64,000 bases of DNA from positions 35,399 through 99,398 of the forward strand of contig JACDGK010000002.1 of NCBI GenBank assembly GCA_013815345.1, in the 5' to 3' direction. Every line of letters begins with the position of its first letter. Position 1 is the first letter of the stretch. The position numbers were made by a program, and so were the translations under genes. The notes below the pieces were generated by a model. It was not told the origin of the DNA and ran no database searches. It was given only the letters and a program-made list of their open reading frames with translations. Source of the DNA: Patescibacteria group bacterium. GTDB taxonomy: Bacteria; Patescibacteriota; Minisyncoccia; Phycocordibacterales; Phycocordibacteraceae. Below, in pieces: positions 9,511-19,202 of the stretch.

Positions 9511-11007
9511 TCATTTTGGCACGATCGTGAGCAGAGGCCCTTCAGGTCGGTCTTCCACATGATATCCCCGGTTGCGTAATTTCTCTCGTAGGGTGTCAGC
9601 TTTTTCAAATTCCCCTGCCACGCGTGCCTTTTCACGATCTTTCACTAGAGACTGGATAGCATCGGGAAGTTCAGAAGAGGTAAACAGGCGAGCAGCTTCC
9701 GGGATGTGGAGCAGGGAAAGACCGAGTATAGGCTCTGCTGCTTCAATAACGGCGCGCTTTTCCTTTGCCGTGATATCTTCGTCTCGTAAGATTTCCCAGA
9801 GATAGGCGAGAGCCTGGGGAGTGCCGAGATCGTCATGGAGGAGGGTGATAATACGCTCCTGGGCTTCGGTCGGAACGCTCATGCCTTTTGACGCAAGCAA
9901 AATAGTAGCGGAGAGTCGCCACAAACGCGTGAGCGCCTCGGCGCTCGCCTCAAGAGCCTCCCACGAGAAGGAAAGGGGAGAACGATAATGCGCTTGAAGA
10001 AGAAAATATCGAAACGCAAGCGGATGAATACCGCGTACAGAAAAATCAGAAACGTACAAACCATTTTTTAATGATTTAGAAATCTTCACTCCTTCGATAG
10101 TGAGAAAAGCACCATGCATCCAATATCTTACGAATGGCTTCCCAAGCACACTTTCTGACTGGGCGATCTCATTATTGTGATGAATAGGAATATGATCAAT
10201 GCCGCCGGTATGAACATCAATCTCGTTGCCCAAGATCGCTCGGATCATCGCGGAGCATTCGAGGTGCCAGCCGGGAAATCCACGACCCCAGAGCGACGGC
10301 CATTCTTGCAGTCGTCTCTCATTAAGTGAAGAGAACTTCCATAACGCAAAGTCTGCAGGATGACGCTTGTCTTTATTTTCCGCAATGCGTCTGCCCGCCG
10401 CGATAGTTATGCGGTCCTCCAGCGTAGTGGCATCCCCGGTCTTGAGCTCGGCTTCGCTTATGCCGCCGAGTTTTCCATACTCGGGGAAGCGGCTTGTATC
10501 GAAATAAATACCATCATGGGTGCGGTAGGTAAAACCTTTTTTCTCCAATTCTTGAACCATCTTTATTTGTTCAGCAATATATTCAGTTGCTCGTGGAAAA
10601 AGTATAGGCGTCGTATCTATGTTTAAAAGCCCGAGATCATCGATAAACTGCTTGGTGTATCGACCGGTCAACGCCTCTACACTCAGGCCTTCGGCTTTCG
10701 CTCCCATCTCGATCTTATCTTGTCCTTCATCTGCATCACCCACTAAATGTCCTACATCGGTAATGTTTATAACTTGTCGTACGTGACATCCTGCGGCTCG
10801 AAGTGTCCGCGCAATGAGATCGGCAAAAACATATGCGCGCATATTACCAATATGGATTCGGCTATATACCGTGGGACCGCACGTATATATTGTCGCTATT
10901 CCCGGCTTCTGAGAATGGAAAGCTTCTTTTTTCTTAGTGAGAGTATTGGTAAAGAAAATAGGAGTCTGGGCTATTGCAGAAGGTTTCTTTGAACTAAAGG
11001 GCCACAT
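9511..11007 (-). CDS. cysS: cysteinyl-tRNA synthetase
   Basis: HIGN (HIGH-type) motif, KISKS (KMSKS), Cys-RS zinc ligand region; start trimmed to internal Met at 11007 to avoid overlap with corA-like gene. Confidence 0.9.
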   Translation of the reverse strand: MWPFSSKKPSAIAQTPIFFTNTLTKKKEAFHSQKPGIATIYTCGPTVYSRIHIGNMRAYVFADLIARTLRAAGCHVRQVINITDVGHLVGDADEGQDKIEMGAKAEGLSVEALTGRYTKQFIDDLGLLNIDTTPILFPRATEYIAEQIKMVQELEKKGFTYRTHDGIYFDTSRFPEYGKLGGISEAELKTGDATTLEDRITIAAGRRIAENKDKRHPADFALWKFSSLNERRLQEWPSLWGRGFPGWHLECSAMIRAILGNEIDVHTGGIDHIPIHHNNEIAQSESVLGKPFVRYWMHGAFLTIEGVKISKSLKNGLYVSDFSVRGIHPLAFRYFLLQAHYRSPLSFSWEALEASAEALTRLWRLSATILLASKGMSVPTEAQERIITLLHDDLGTPQALAYLWEILRDEDITAKEKRAVIEAAEPILGLSLLHIPEAARLFTSSELPDAIQSLVKDREKARVAGEFEKADTLREKLRNRGYHVEDRPEGPLLTIVPK

Positions 11008-11014
11008 GGTCCTA

Positions 11015-11932
11015 TTATAGCCATCCTTTGCGCTTCGTATAGACGACCAGAAATGTCGTAACGATCGCGATGGTTGCCAGAACGACCCAAAATAAATCTG
11101 GATCATTTGTAGCGGGGAGACCAGGTATGCCCAAACGGAAAAGTTCCACTATCAAGGTCGGCGGAAGAATGATGAAGGTAATCACGGTGAGGGTTTTCAT
11201 CACTTCGTTTTGTGAAGCTGAAAGGAGTGAGTCGTTCGTTTCTCGGAGTTCGCCTGCCACTTCGCGGAATGAATTCACGAGTGCATACACATGTGCCCGT
11301 TCTGCTTCTATGCGGTCGGCGCGGTCCTCAAATTTCTTTCCGAAAAGATTCGGATTTAAAAGTTCTTTGAGGAATGAGCAGAGTGCCTCTTCGTGACGGG
11401 TGAGTGTCGTATCGAAACGCAGTAAGATGCGATTCGCCTCTGAAATGGTACGCATTGTTTCGCGCTCCTTTCCGCCAAAAATATCCCGCTCGATGCGTTC
11501 GAGGCGAGTCCCAATCGTTTCTACTTCTTCGCGAAGCGCTCCGTACATGCGTCGCATGATGCGTTCGAGAAGTGCGTCACCGGAATGCATGACTCCTGGC
11601 AGTCCGAGAAGCTCTTCTGCCTCAAATACTTTATGCAGGTTGTGAATGGAATTAATAGCTTCATAACGGGAGGTAATAAGGAACTGCTTGCCCACAATAA
11701 AATCGATTTCCTGACTGCGAGCGCCTCCCGTGGCTTCGGTGGTAGGGAAGTGCAATATCAGATACGAGTATTTTAAAGATGAAATAACCAAAGGGTAGGG
11801 CGTCGCGTGAGCAATTTCTTCCTCGATGCGAGCATCAATACTAAACTCCTGCATCACCTCTCGTAGTTCTTGTCGTGTTGGTGATTCTAAGTCAACCCAA
11901 ACGATTTTGCCGCGCGAATGACGAGTAACCAT
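11015..11932 (-). CDS. CorA-family divalent cation transporter homologue lacking the GMN signature
   Basis: CorA cytoplasmic domain plus two C-terminal TM helices; TM1 aligns gap-free to CorA but YGMNF is replaced by FRLGI (GIPGLP follows). Confidence 0.75.
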   Translation of the reverse strand: MVTRHSRGKIVWVDLESPTRQELREVMQEFSIDARIEEEIAHATPYPLVISSLKYSYLILHFPTTEATGGARSQEIDFIVGKQFLITSRYEAINSIHNLHKVFEAEELLGLPGVMHSGDALLERIMRRMYGALREEVETIGTRLERIERDIFGGKERETMRTISEANRILLRFDTTLTRHEEALCSFLKELLNPNLFGKKFEDRADRIEAERAHVYALVNSFREVAGELRETNDSLLSASQNEVMKTLTVITFIILPPTLIVELFRLGIPGLPATNDPDLFWVVLATIAIVTTFLVVYTKRKGWL

Positions 11933-12028
11933 TTCTCTAGTATAGCGGTCAGATATTCTTTAATGCAGTGCTCTCCCCACATAGTATTTTTCTCCAAGTA
12001 CGGTTCAAATGATATACTCAAAGGACTC

Positions 12029-13330
12029 ATGGAGCTTCAAGAATGGGAACAAGACGCGACGAACGCAACACCTGGAAAGGTGTTGCGTTCGTCGCGTTCA
12101 AGTTTCTTTAAAATTATCCGGCTGGCGATAGCGTTTGCGGTAGTTCTCGCTGTCGGGTTCAGTGGAGGATTTTTGGTAGGGAGCCATAAAGGCACAAATG
12201 CTTTTTCGACGATTCCACTGCTCGGCGACAATCTCGATGCAACTCCGGACCCTGCCATAAACCTCACTGATTTCTGGAAGGTCTACAATGCCCTAAATGC
12301 GCAATATGTGGTCACCCACGCCTCCTCGACGCTTCCAACGTCCGAGGAGAAGCTGTGGGGCGCCATTCAGGGGCTCACGAACGCCTATGGCGACCCGTAT
12401 ACGGTCTTTTTTCCACCCTCGGAAGCTAAAGCCTTTGCAGACAATATCGCGGGAAGTTTTAGCGGCGTCGGCATGGAAATTGGCGAAAACAAGGACAATA
12501 TATTGACCGTGATCGCGCCCCTAAAAGGAACACCCGCTGACAAGGCAGGTATTCTCTCCGGTGACGAAATAATAGGAATTAATGGCAAGTCAACCCAAGG
12601 ACTGGTACCGGATGAAGCAATAAAACTCATTCGTGGACCAAAAGGCACGGTGGTTACCTTCACCATACTTCGGGGTGATAAGCAGATGGAGATCAAGGTC
12701 ACTCGAGATACGATTCAAGTGCCCGAAATCGAATATGGCCTCAATAAAACAAATGGCGTGTATACGATTGCGCTGTATGAGTTTACTCAAAACTCAGCGG
12801 AACTTTTCAATACCGCATTTACTGCGTTTAAGGCATCCGGATCGAAAGATTTGATTGTTGATTTGCGAGGCGACCCAGGAGGCTATCTAGATGCAGCCGT
12901 TAATATTGCAAGTCACTTTCTTTCAAAAGGTTCGGTAATCGTGACCGAAGATTATAAAGGAAAACAGCAAAATATCGTGCACACAAGTACCGGTACGAAT
13001 GATCTTCCTGTAGGCACCCACGTCGTGGTGCTTATCGATCAAGGTTCTGCCTCAGCTTCCGAAATTCTTTCCGGTGCTCTCCAAGACCATCACGCGGCGA
13101 CTCTCATAGGAGCCCGTTCCTTCGGCAAGGGATCCGTGCAGCAGCTCATAGATGTCGACGGAGCATCTCTGAAGGTAACGGTGGCCGCATGGCTTACCCC
13201 AAACGGACACTCGATTACGGGTATAGGCATCACTCCTGACATCCTCGCCACCACGACCGCTGAGAATATTGCTGCAAAAAAAGACGTCCAGCTAGATCGG
13301 GCAGTACAATTCTTCCTGACAGGAAAGTAA
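12029..13330 (+). CDS. ctpA: C-terminal processing peptidase (S41 family, Ctp/Prc-like) with PDZ domain
   Basis: PDZ region (GMEIGENKDNILTVIAPLKGTPADKAGIL.GDEII), catalytic DLRGDPGG and LIDQGSASASE motifs; start chosen at MELQ (12029), N-terminal TM anchor. Confidence 0.8.
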   Translation: MELQEWEQDATNATPGKVLRSSRSSFFKIIRLAIAFAVVLAVGFSGGFLVGSHKGTNAFSTIPLLGDNLDATPDPAINLTDFWKVYNALNAQYVVTHASSTLPTSEEKLWGAIQGLTNAYGDPYTVFFPPSEAKAFADNIAGSFSGVGMEIGENKDNILTVIAPLKGTPADKAGILSGDEIIGINGKSTQGLVPDEAIKLIRGPKGTVVTFTILRGDKQMEIKVTRDTIQVPEIEYGLNKTNGVYTIALYEFTQNSAELFNTAFTAFKASGSKDLIVDLRGDPGGYLDAAVNIASHFLSKGSVIVTEDYKGKQQNIVHTSTGTNDLPVGTHVVVLIDQGSASASEILSGALQDHHAATLIGARSFGKGSVQQLIDVDGASLKVTVAAWLTPNGHSITGIGITPDILATTTAENIAAKKDVQLDRAVQFFLTGK

Positions 13331-13366
13331 AAAGATACTGAAGAGAAAGCGAAGAAAGACTAACAC

Positions 13367-13403
13367 AGCAAAAGACCGGCACGAAGTGCCGGTCTTTTGC
13401 TGT
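13367..13403. terminator. bidirectional Rho-independent terminator
   Basis: gcaaaagaccggcac-gaa-gtgccggtcttttgc between convergent genes. Confidence 0.55.
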
Positions 13404-13425
13404 GAATACGTAATCGAGTGATCGA

Positions 13426-14475
13426 TTAGTTACCGTATCGATTTGGCTTAACTGCAAGATTGCCGTTCGTCACTGGCTCTGCTACTCCTGTAACAGTGCC
13501 TGAAGCACAAGAAGCACGTGCGACTGAAGCAGTCACAAGGCTACTTTGGAAGGTTTGAGTGCTTGAGGAAGTCACTGCTTTAGCGAGCGTCCAAAGACCA
13601 GCACCAAATCCCGTCGTTTGGGTGTTTCGGTACGCGAATACTGCACTTTGTGTACCTCGAGCGCCCGTAAAGTTAGCACATTCAATGGGTCCTGACGTCT
13701 TACCTGCAGCAGTGAAGTTTCTTGCTGAACCGATGACGGCACCGTTTTGAGAAGTGTCATCAAAGAGATAGAAAGAAAAAACAGAACCTGCACCGTAGCT
13801 AAAGAGTCCGTTAGCGATTGCTACGCTAGCAAGGTCATCGGTCGGAATATATTCAGCGTAGAATGAATACGCACGTGTCGGAGGAGCAGCGTTAGTTGTA
13901 ACGGTCTGTCCTGCAACAGGAGCTGCACTATTCTCCACTATGATCGGAGCCGTAGAGGTGCTGTTAATCGTGTACGGCACAGTTTCCTCATGGGGGAAGA
14001 ACATAGCAATTTGTGATCCCGCTGGTACACCTACCAAATGAGGAAGTGCGTACCCATTGACACCTGTGTGAGCAGGAAACACTTCCGGACTTGAGTACAG
14101 AATACTACCACTCCGATCAACTACCACGAAGAAAAGGGAATTCGTATTAACGGCGTAATAGACGAATTTCTTAAGTGCTGCTGCCTGTGTAGCAGGATGA
14201 TTGGTGTCTTCAATAAAGAGATTTGTCCCTGCATCTACAAGCGTGCTTGCACTTGCGTCGTTTCCAACGCGATCCCCAAGCACGTAACGTTCACAGTCGC
14301 CGATGTTGATGAAAGGAGGATTTGTGTATGCCTTCCATCCTGGCATAGTCCGACAATTGCTAAGTTCTGTTGGTGGGGTGAGCGGGGCATTTGCCGATAC
14401 GAGGGCAGGAGTACCGAGACCAAGACCCAATCCAAGCAGAAGGAATGAGAGCACTATATAAGAAACTTTTTTCAT
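13426..14475 (-). CDS. secreted hypothetical protein
   Basis: Signal peptide MKKVSYIVLSFLLLGLGLGLG; 349 aa, T/S/A-rich; no recognised motif. Confidence 0.5.
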   Translation of the reverse strand: MKKVSYIVLSFLLLGLGLGLGTPALVSANAPLTPPTELSNCRTMPGWKAYTNPPFINIGDCERYVLGDRVGNDASASTLVDAGTNLFIEDTNHPATQAAALKKFVYYAVNTNSLFFVVVDRSGSILYSSPEVFPAHTGVNGYALPHLVGVPAGSQIAMFFPHEETVPYTINSTSTAPIIVENSAAPVAGQTVTTNAAPPTRAYSFYAEYIPTDDLASVAIANGLFSYGAGSVFSFYLFDDTSQNGAVIGSARNFTAAGKTSGPIECANFTGARGTQSAVFAYRNTQTTGFGAGLWTLAKAVTSSSTQTFQSSLVTASVARASCASGTVTGVAEPVTNGNLAVKPNRYGN

Positions 14476-14717
14476 AATATTATCTAACTTTTACTACTAT
14501 TGGCTAACGAATAAATAGACCCATAGAACATAAGCATACACGACCTCACTTGCATAGCAAGATATGAGGCATTTTTGCCGCTGGCCGGACTATAACATGT
14601 AAGAAAGGAAAATGTCAATATCTGAGAAGATATTATTATAGGCCGTGAAAGATCGAAATTATAGCGCAAAAACAAACACCTGTAGTATGCTTCTGGTACT
14701 CTTTTCCTACGTGTCCT

Positions 14718-15311
14718 ATGAAATACTTTATCGACTTCGACCGTACCATTTTTGATACTAATTCTTTTAAGAAAACGTTAGAGAGGCGGCCGACAGTGGT
14801 CGAGCTCGTAGCGCAATTCAAAAACGTGTGGAAAGAGTTCTGGAGTTTATCAGAAAGTCATTTACAGCGGCGATTATTTAGAGCAAGTCTCGGGGCATTT
14901 CTTAGTAATGGACGATTTCTATTCGTCCCTGCCGATCTAAAAGAATTTCTCTATCCTGATGCGCTCGCTTTTTTCGAACGGTATGGCGAGGATTGCACAA
15001 TTGTGACGTATGGCATACGTGCGTTCATCACTGCCAAAGTGACGAGCGCACTTACGGACATTTCCATTCATGATGTTGTATATACCGGCAGACGAAAGGG
15101 AAGAACCATACAGCGATTATGTGCGGAAGAAAAGGATCAGTGTACATTTATCGACGATGCGCATTTTCAATTGGCCTCAGTGACGAGAAGATGTCCTAAC
15201 ATTACGGTAATCGAGATGCGTCGTGATTCACAACCCGGCGATGGACGCTGGCCTGTTATTCATTCTTTCGACGAATTAGTTAATTCTTCATATGAAAAAA
15301 GTCATTGCTAG
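14718..15311 (+). CDS. HAD-superfamily hydrolase
   Basis: N-terminal HAD motif I FIDFDRTIFDT (DxDxT); 197 aa. Confidence 0.6.
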   Translation: MKYFIDFDRTIFDTNSFKKTLERRPTVVELVAQFKNVWKEFWSLSESHLQRRLFRASLGAFLSNGRFLFVPADLKEFLYPDALAFFERYGEDCTIVTYGIRAFITAKVTSALTDISIHDVVYTGRRKGRTIQRLCAEEKDQCTFIDDAHFQLASVTRRCPNITVIEMRRDSQPGDGRWPVIHSFDELVNSSYEKSHC

Positions 15312-15328
15312 AATGACTTTTAGTAGTG

Positions 15329-15643
15329 TTATGGCGGTAGGAGGTGAAACACTAGAATGTGGGTAGCTTCGACTCCATACATCTCTTGCAAATCGCACAA
15401 TATATCTGCTTGCGTTTTTCTCGGCCAAAGTTTATCAGCAGGTTCCGCTTTCAGAAGGCGATGAAAGTCGTGGTACGTGCGTATCGCTCGAACCTTCCTT
15501 TCCAGAAAGTCGTTGAAGGAAATGACGTCGTCCATAGAAATTTTTGCCGTAAAAGCCCCATACGGACGAACCTCTAAGGTTTTCTTTCCCTGCTTAATGA
15601 GCTCAAGAACGAAGCTTCTGACGTAGAGAATATGTCTTGCCAT
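15329..15643 (-). CDS. ASCH domain protein (YqfB-like)
   Basis: N-terminal pattern VRSFVLELIKQGKKTLEVRP resembles ASCH/YqfB [22 protein letters not shown]; about 104 aa as for the family. Confidence 0.5.
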   Translation of the reverse strand: MARHILYVRSFVLELIKQGKKTLEVRPYGAFTAKISMDDVISFNDFLERKVRAIRTYHDFHRLLKAEPADKLWPRKTQADILCDLQEMYGVEATHILVFHLLPP

Positions 15644-16037
15644 TTGGACTTCCTGATTCTAGAAAAAATCTATCACAGACGAGCAGCGTTTCCAACATTT
15701 TGAAGCCAAAGAAAAACCGCGCTTATGAGGGCGCGATGTTGTCGTTGTCTAGTGGCAAGAATGCTTACGCAGCCAGAAATACATCCGCTTTTTGCAAGTG
15801 GGACAGGACGATGGATTCATCAGGTGATATGACGTAGCGCTTAACCCCACGAGAAGCATGATGCCACCCACAAGAATGACAAAAGGCGTAACAAAAGAAT
15901 TTTGATGAGAAAACATACTACGCTCTTTCCTGAAAACGTGATCTCTATTATTTTTATCACGAAGCATGGGTTTATTAAAATAGATTTAAAGATAGAGAGT
16001 TGCAGAAGAGGGAAGGGCAGGGTAGGATACTTCAACT

Positions 16038-16463
16038 ATGAAAGTCGTACTCACTAAAGATGTTCGGGACATGGGCCGTATGGGAGCCACCGTTGACGTG
16101 GCTGATGGGCACGCGCTCAATTACCTTATTCCTCGCAAGCTCGCTGTCCTCGCTACACCGCATTCTTTGCAGCAAGCAGAGTTGTATAAAAAGCGCGTGG
16201 ATGATAAAAAAAGCATCGATGCTGAACTCGTGGCAGAACGACTCGCCGCTCTTGCCGAAACGCCGATCACTATCGTGAAAAAAGCGAATGAAAAAGGACA
16301 TCTCTATGACGCCGTGGACGCTGGAGCTATTGCTGCCGTCGCAGAACTTCCTGAAGAAACGATAAAACTTGAAAAACCTATAAAAGAATTGGGAACGTTC
16401 GAGGTGCCGGTTTCTTTTGGAGAGATCTTTGGAAAAGTTAAAATAGTTATTGAGGCCGAATAA
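16038..16463 (+). CDS. rplI: 50S ribosomal protein L9
   Basis: MKVVLTKDVRDMGRMGATVDVADGHALNYLIPRKLA canonical L9 N-domain. Confidence 0.9.
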   Translation: MKVVLTKDVRDMGRMGATVDVADGHALNYLIPRKLAVLATPHSLQQAELYKKRVDDKKSIDAELVAERLAALAETPITIVKKANEKGHLYDAVDAGAIAAVAELPEETIKLEKPIKELGTFEVPVSFGEIFGKVKIVIEAE

Positions 16464-16482
16464 GAAATAGATGAAAAAATAG

Positions 16483-16523
16483 ATGAAAATCGCCGGCCTA
16501 AAGACCGGCGATTTTCATCTTTC
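16483..16523. terminator. bidirectional terminator between rplI and rpmA
   Basis: gatgaaaatcgccggcc-taaa-gaccggcgattttcatc, T-run follows. Confidence 0.5.
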
Positions 16524-16795
16524 TAAACGACGTCAACTACCTTTTTACGGATCACCCGTCCGTCAAAATTAACTTTACGGCGGTCGCGGAAGGACACGAG
16601 TCCGGAAGAAAGGGCGAAAAGCGTGTGATCTTTACCCACGCTTACGTTTTTTCCTGCCTCGATCTTAGTACCGCGCTGGCGCACGATAATCATCCCAGCA
16701 GCAGCTTTCTGCCCATCAGCCAGCTTTATTCCGAGATACTTCGGATTTGAATCGTTAAGGTTTTTTACTGACCCTCCTGCTTTTGTGTGTGCCAT
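16523..16795 (-). CDS. rpmA: 50S ribosomal protein L27
   Basis: [20 protein letters not shown] canonical L27. Confidence 0.9.
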   Translation of the reverse strand: MAHTKAGGSVKNLNDSNPKYLGIKLADGQKAAAGMIIVRQRGTKIEAGKNVSVGKDHTLFALSSGLVSFRDRRKVNFDGRVIRKKVVDVV

Positions 16796-16817
16796 ACTGG
16801 TATACTCTTAGGTAGGT

Positions 16818-17243
16818 ATGACTATAGCAGAACCGACAGAACCGAGCAAGGCAGCCTTTTGGCAGCCTTCCGGGATTGGCTTTACCATAGGTGTTCTGGT
16901 TTTAACCGCATCAGCGAGCTTTGGACTCGGCATGCTCGCTGAAAAGGATATGAAAATCAGTGCTTCAAACTCAGTAATCCAAGCAGGATTTCTTGAAAGC
17001 TCCGGTGCAAATTTTTCATCAAATTCGGGAGCAGGAGCGAGCAATCTTTCTACTTCTACAAATGGAGGAGCCCCTATACCTGCCGGCGGACAGGTAGTGG
17101 GCTCAAACAGTACTCGTCAATATTATTTGCCGTGGTGTCCTCAGGTGGCAAGCATTAGCGCAGGAGATGCGGTGACCTTTGATTCGCAGCAAACAGCTGA
17201 AGCCAAAGGATTTACGGCAGGGAAGGGATGTCCTGGTTTGTAA
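16818..17243 (+). CDS. hypothetical membrane-anchored protein with C-terminal Cys pair
   Basis: TM segment FTIGVLVLTASASFGLGML; S/G/N-rich linker; C-terminal YYLPWCP....GKGCPG. Confidence 0.45.
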   Translation: MTIAEPTEPSKAAFWQPSGIGFTIGVLVLTASASFGLGMLAEKDMKISASNSVIQAGFLESSGANFSSNSGAGASNLSTSTNGGAPIPAGGQVVGSNSTRQYYLPWCPQVASISAGDAVTFDSQQTAEAKGFTAGKGCPGL

Positions 17244-17266
17244 GAATATTAGAAGCGAAATCCCTC

Positions 17267-17863
17267 ATGATCGCACTCGATATTGAAGCAAGTAGTCCAA
17301 CTCCTGAAACCGGATCCATTCTCTCGCTCGGCGCTCTTGATACGGATGAGCCAACAAATCAATTTTACGATGAATGTCGCGCATGGAAGGGAGCGCACAT
17401 TAAAGATGAAGCACTGGCGGTTAACGGATTTACAAAAGAAGAAGCTGAAGATCCAAACAAAAAGACCGAAGAAGAACTTTTGACGGCTTTTCTTGCATGG
17501 GCAAATGACCGACCGATAAACCGAACGCTTGTAGGACAGAACCCCTCTTTTGACCGTGATTATTTGAAAGCTGCATGTAAACGAGCAGGAGTCGAATTTC
17601 CCTTTGCGGATCGCACCATCGATATACATTCAATCACCTGGCTGCATATGACGCAGAGGGAAGTGCCGATGCCGCTGCTGAATCACCACTCAAAGCTGAA
17701 TCTCGATGCAGCACTACGGTATTGCGGCATACCGGAAGAACCAAAACCGCATAATGCGCTCACGGGAGCATTTTTGCATGCGGAAGTCTTCTCACGCATA
17801 GCGTATACTAAGAAATTATTACCGGACTTCGATGGCTATAAAATTCCTTGGGAGCATTCCTAG
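17267..17863 (+). CDS. DEDDh-family 3'-5' exonuclease (DnaQ-like)
   Basis: Exo I motif IALDIEAS at N-terminus, later FDRDYL and H..NALTGA motifs; start set at Met 17267 (longer ORF overlaps upstream gene). Confidence 0.7.
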   Translation: MIALDIEASSPTPETGSILSLGALDTDEPTNQFYDECRAWKGAHIKDEALAVNGFTKEEAEDPNKKTEEELLTAFLAWANDRPINRTLVGQNPSFDRDYLKAACKRAGVEFPFADRTIDIHSITWLHMTQREVPMPLLNHHSKLNLDAALRYCGIPEEPKPHNALTGAFLHAEVFSRIAYTKKLLPDFDGYKIPWEHS

Positions 17864-17896
17864 GAGCCGACCTTATCAAGAGAACTGCTCATTACC

Positions 17897-18703
17897 ATGC
17901 CTGACGAACCTATCATCGATTCACCTGCGGGAGACAGTATGCCATCGCCCCATGACGCACGCGGGCAAGTGAGTCGTGAGGAGCGGCATCACGCCATGGG
18001 CCATCTTTTGAAAGGTGCTATCGAAGAAGGGAAGCACCAGGTACCTGCGGAACCAAATCCATTGGTTTCAAGACCAAGCCAACTCGAGTCGTGGCGCGTA
18101 TTCAAGATCATGTCTGAATTTGTAGAAGGCTTTGATCTCTTGCGACGCTATACGTTAGCTGCGACTTTTTTTGGTTCAGCACGTGAATCTTTCGACAGTA
18201 CTATTTATCAAGCGGCCACAGAGCTTGCCAGTCGCCTCGCCAAAGCAGGTTTTGCCATTATTACGGGGGGAAGCAGCGGGGTAATGCAGGCGGCAAATCG
18301 GGGTGCATACGAAGCTGGCGGTGCGTCTGTAGGTTTAAATATTCGATTGGAAGATAATCAAGCTACGAATAAATATGTAACGGATGGCATGACGTTCGAT
18401 CATTTTTTCATACGTAAAGTAATGCTTACCTTTGCGTCGGAAGTTTACATTTATTTTCCGGGAGGATTCGGTACGATGGATGAATTCTTCGAGATCGCAA
18501 CCCTCGTGCAGACTAAGAAAATACGACATGTGCCCATCGTTTTATTCGGGAAGGAATACTGGACTCCTATCGTGACTCTTTTCAAGGAGAAATTTTACGA
18601 AGAGTATCATGCCATTGATGAAGGTGATCTCGAACTCTATCATCTTGTTGATACGATCGACGAAGCATACGACTATATCATTCAAAATGTTCAAAAGAGA
18701 TAG
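17897..18703 (+). CDS. LOG family protein (TIGR00730; cytokinin riboside 5'-monophosphate phosphoribohydrolase-like)
   Basis: WRVFKIMSEFVEGF, FGSARE, ITGGSSGVMQAANRGA, PGGFGTMDEFFE motifs; about 70-aa N-terminal extension, start uncertain. Confidence 0.8.
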   Translation: MPDEPIIDSPAGDSMPSPHDARGQVSREERHHAMGHLLKGAIEEGKHQVPAEPNPLVSRPSQLESWRVFKIMSEFVEGFDLLRRYTLAATFFGSARESFDSTIYQAATELASRLAKAGFAIITGGSSGVMQAANRGAYEAGGASVGLNIRLEDNQATNKYVTDGMTFDHFFIRKVMLTFASEVYIYFPGGFGTMDEFFEIATLVQTKKIRHVPIVLFGKEYWTPIVTLFKEKFYEEYHAIDEGDLELYHLVDTIDEAYDYIIQNVQKR

Positions 18704-18709
18704 TAAAGG

Positions 18710-19200
18710 AGCAGGGAAGCGAGGACGTATACGGGAATCTGAAATACTAAATTGAAATACTAAATTATTGGGTCCCCCATCGACCGATTTCTACTTTTCG
18801 GGGAAGTGCTCCCTTTTTGATAGTTAGGCATAGTAAAAAGCGCAAGTAATTTTGCACCCATTGAAGCCAGCGGAAAGAATTATTTTGGGAGACCCAAACG
18901 GGGAAGAGAAGTGTCAAGGGAGATGGCCTAGGAGTAGCTGAGGGCTTTATTATAAGTACGTCGCACAATGTATCTTTTACGTCTACTATATAATACAGGC
19001 TGCTGGGGAGCTTGCAAACCACTTCCCTTACCAGAGTAAATAAATAGGAAGAATCTACTGGAATTCCCTGCACTATCTCTCTATCATTCCCCGTCTTGCA
19101 TACTACTTATAGATAATCTCGGATACCGAGATGTCCCCTTGACTCAGTAAGTGGGCCATATTTAATCTCGGAAGTGGTCTACGGTAAGTGATCGGGGAAG
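18710..19200. other. noncoding region between convergent genes with short direct repeats
   Basis: No credible ORF; tandem gaaatactaaatt x2 (18739-18764); GGGGAAG(T/A)G recurring at about 18800, 18901 and 19193; hairpin tctcggataccgaga about 19118. Confidence 0.25.
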
Positions 19201-19202
19201 TG

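Noticed and set aside
9572-10992. Several plus-strand ORFs antisense to cysS (9572..9805, 10360..10626, 10747..10992)
   Set aside because: Antisense shadows within the cysS CDS.
15749-16035. ORFs 15749..15967 and 15841..16035 (minus) upstream of rplI
   Set aside because: Overlap each other in different frames in an AT-rich promoter region; no homology cues; possibly a tiny membrane peptide but unsupported.
18739-18764. Possible CRISPR-like repeat (gaaatactaaatt x2)
   Set aside because: Only two 13-nt copies, directly adjacent with no spacers; far too short for CRISPR.
18765-19073. 102-aa ORF in the 18710-19200 noncoding region
   Set aside because: No homology features or RBS; the region reads better as noncoding with repeats.
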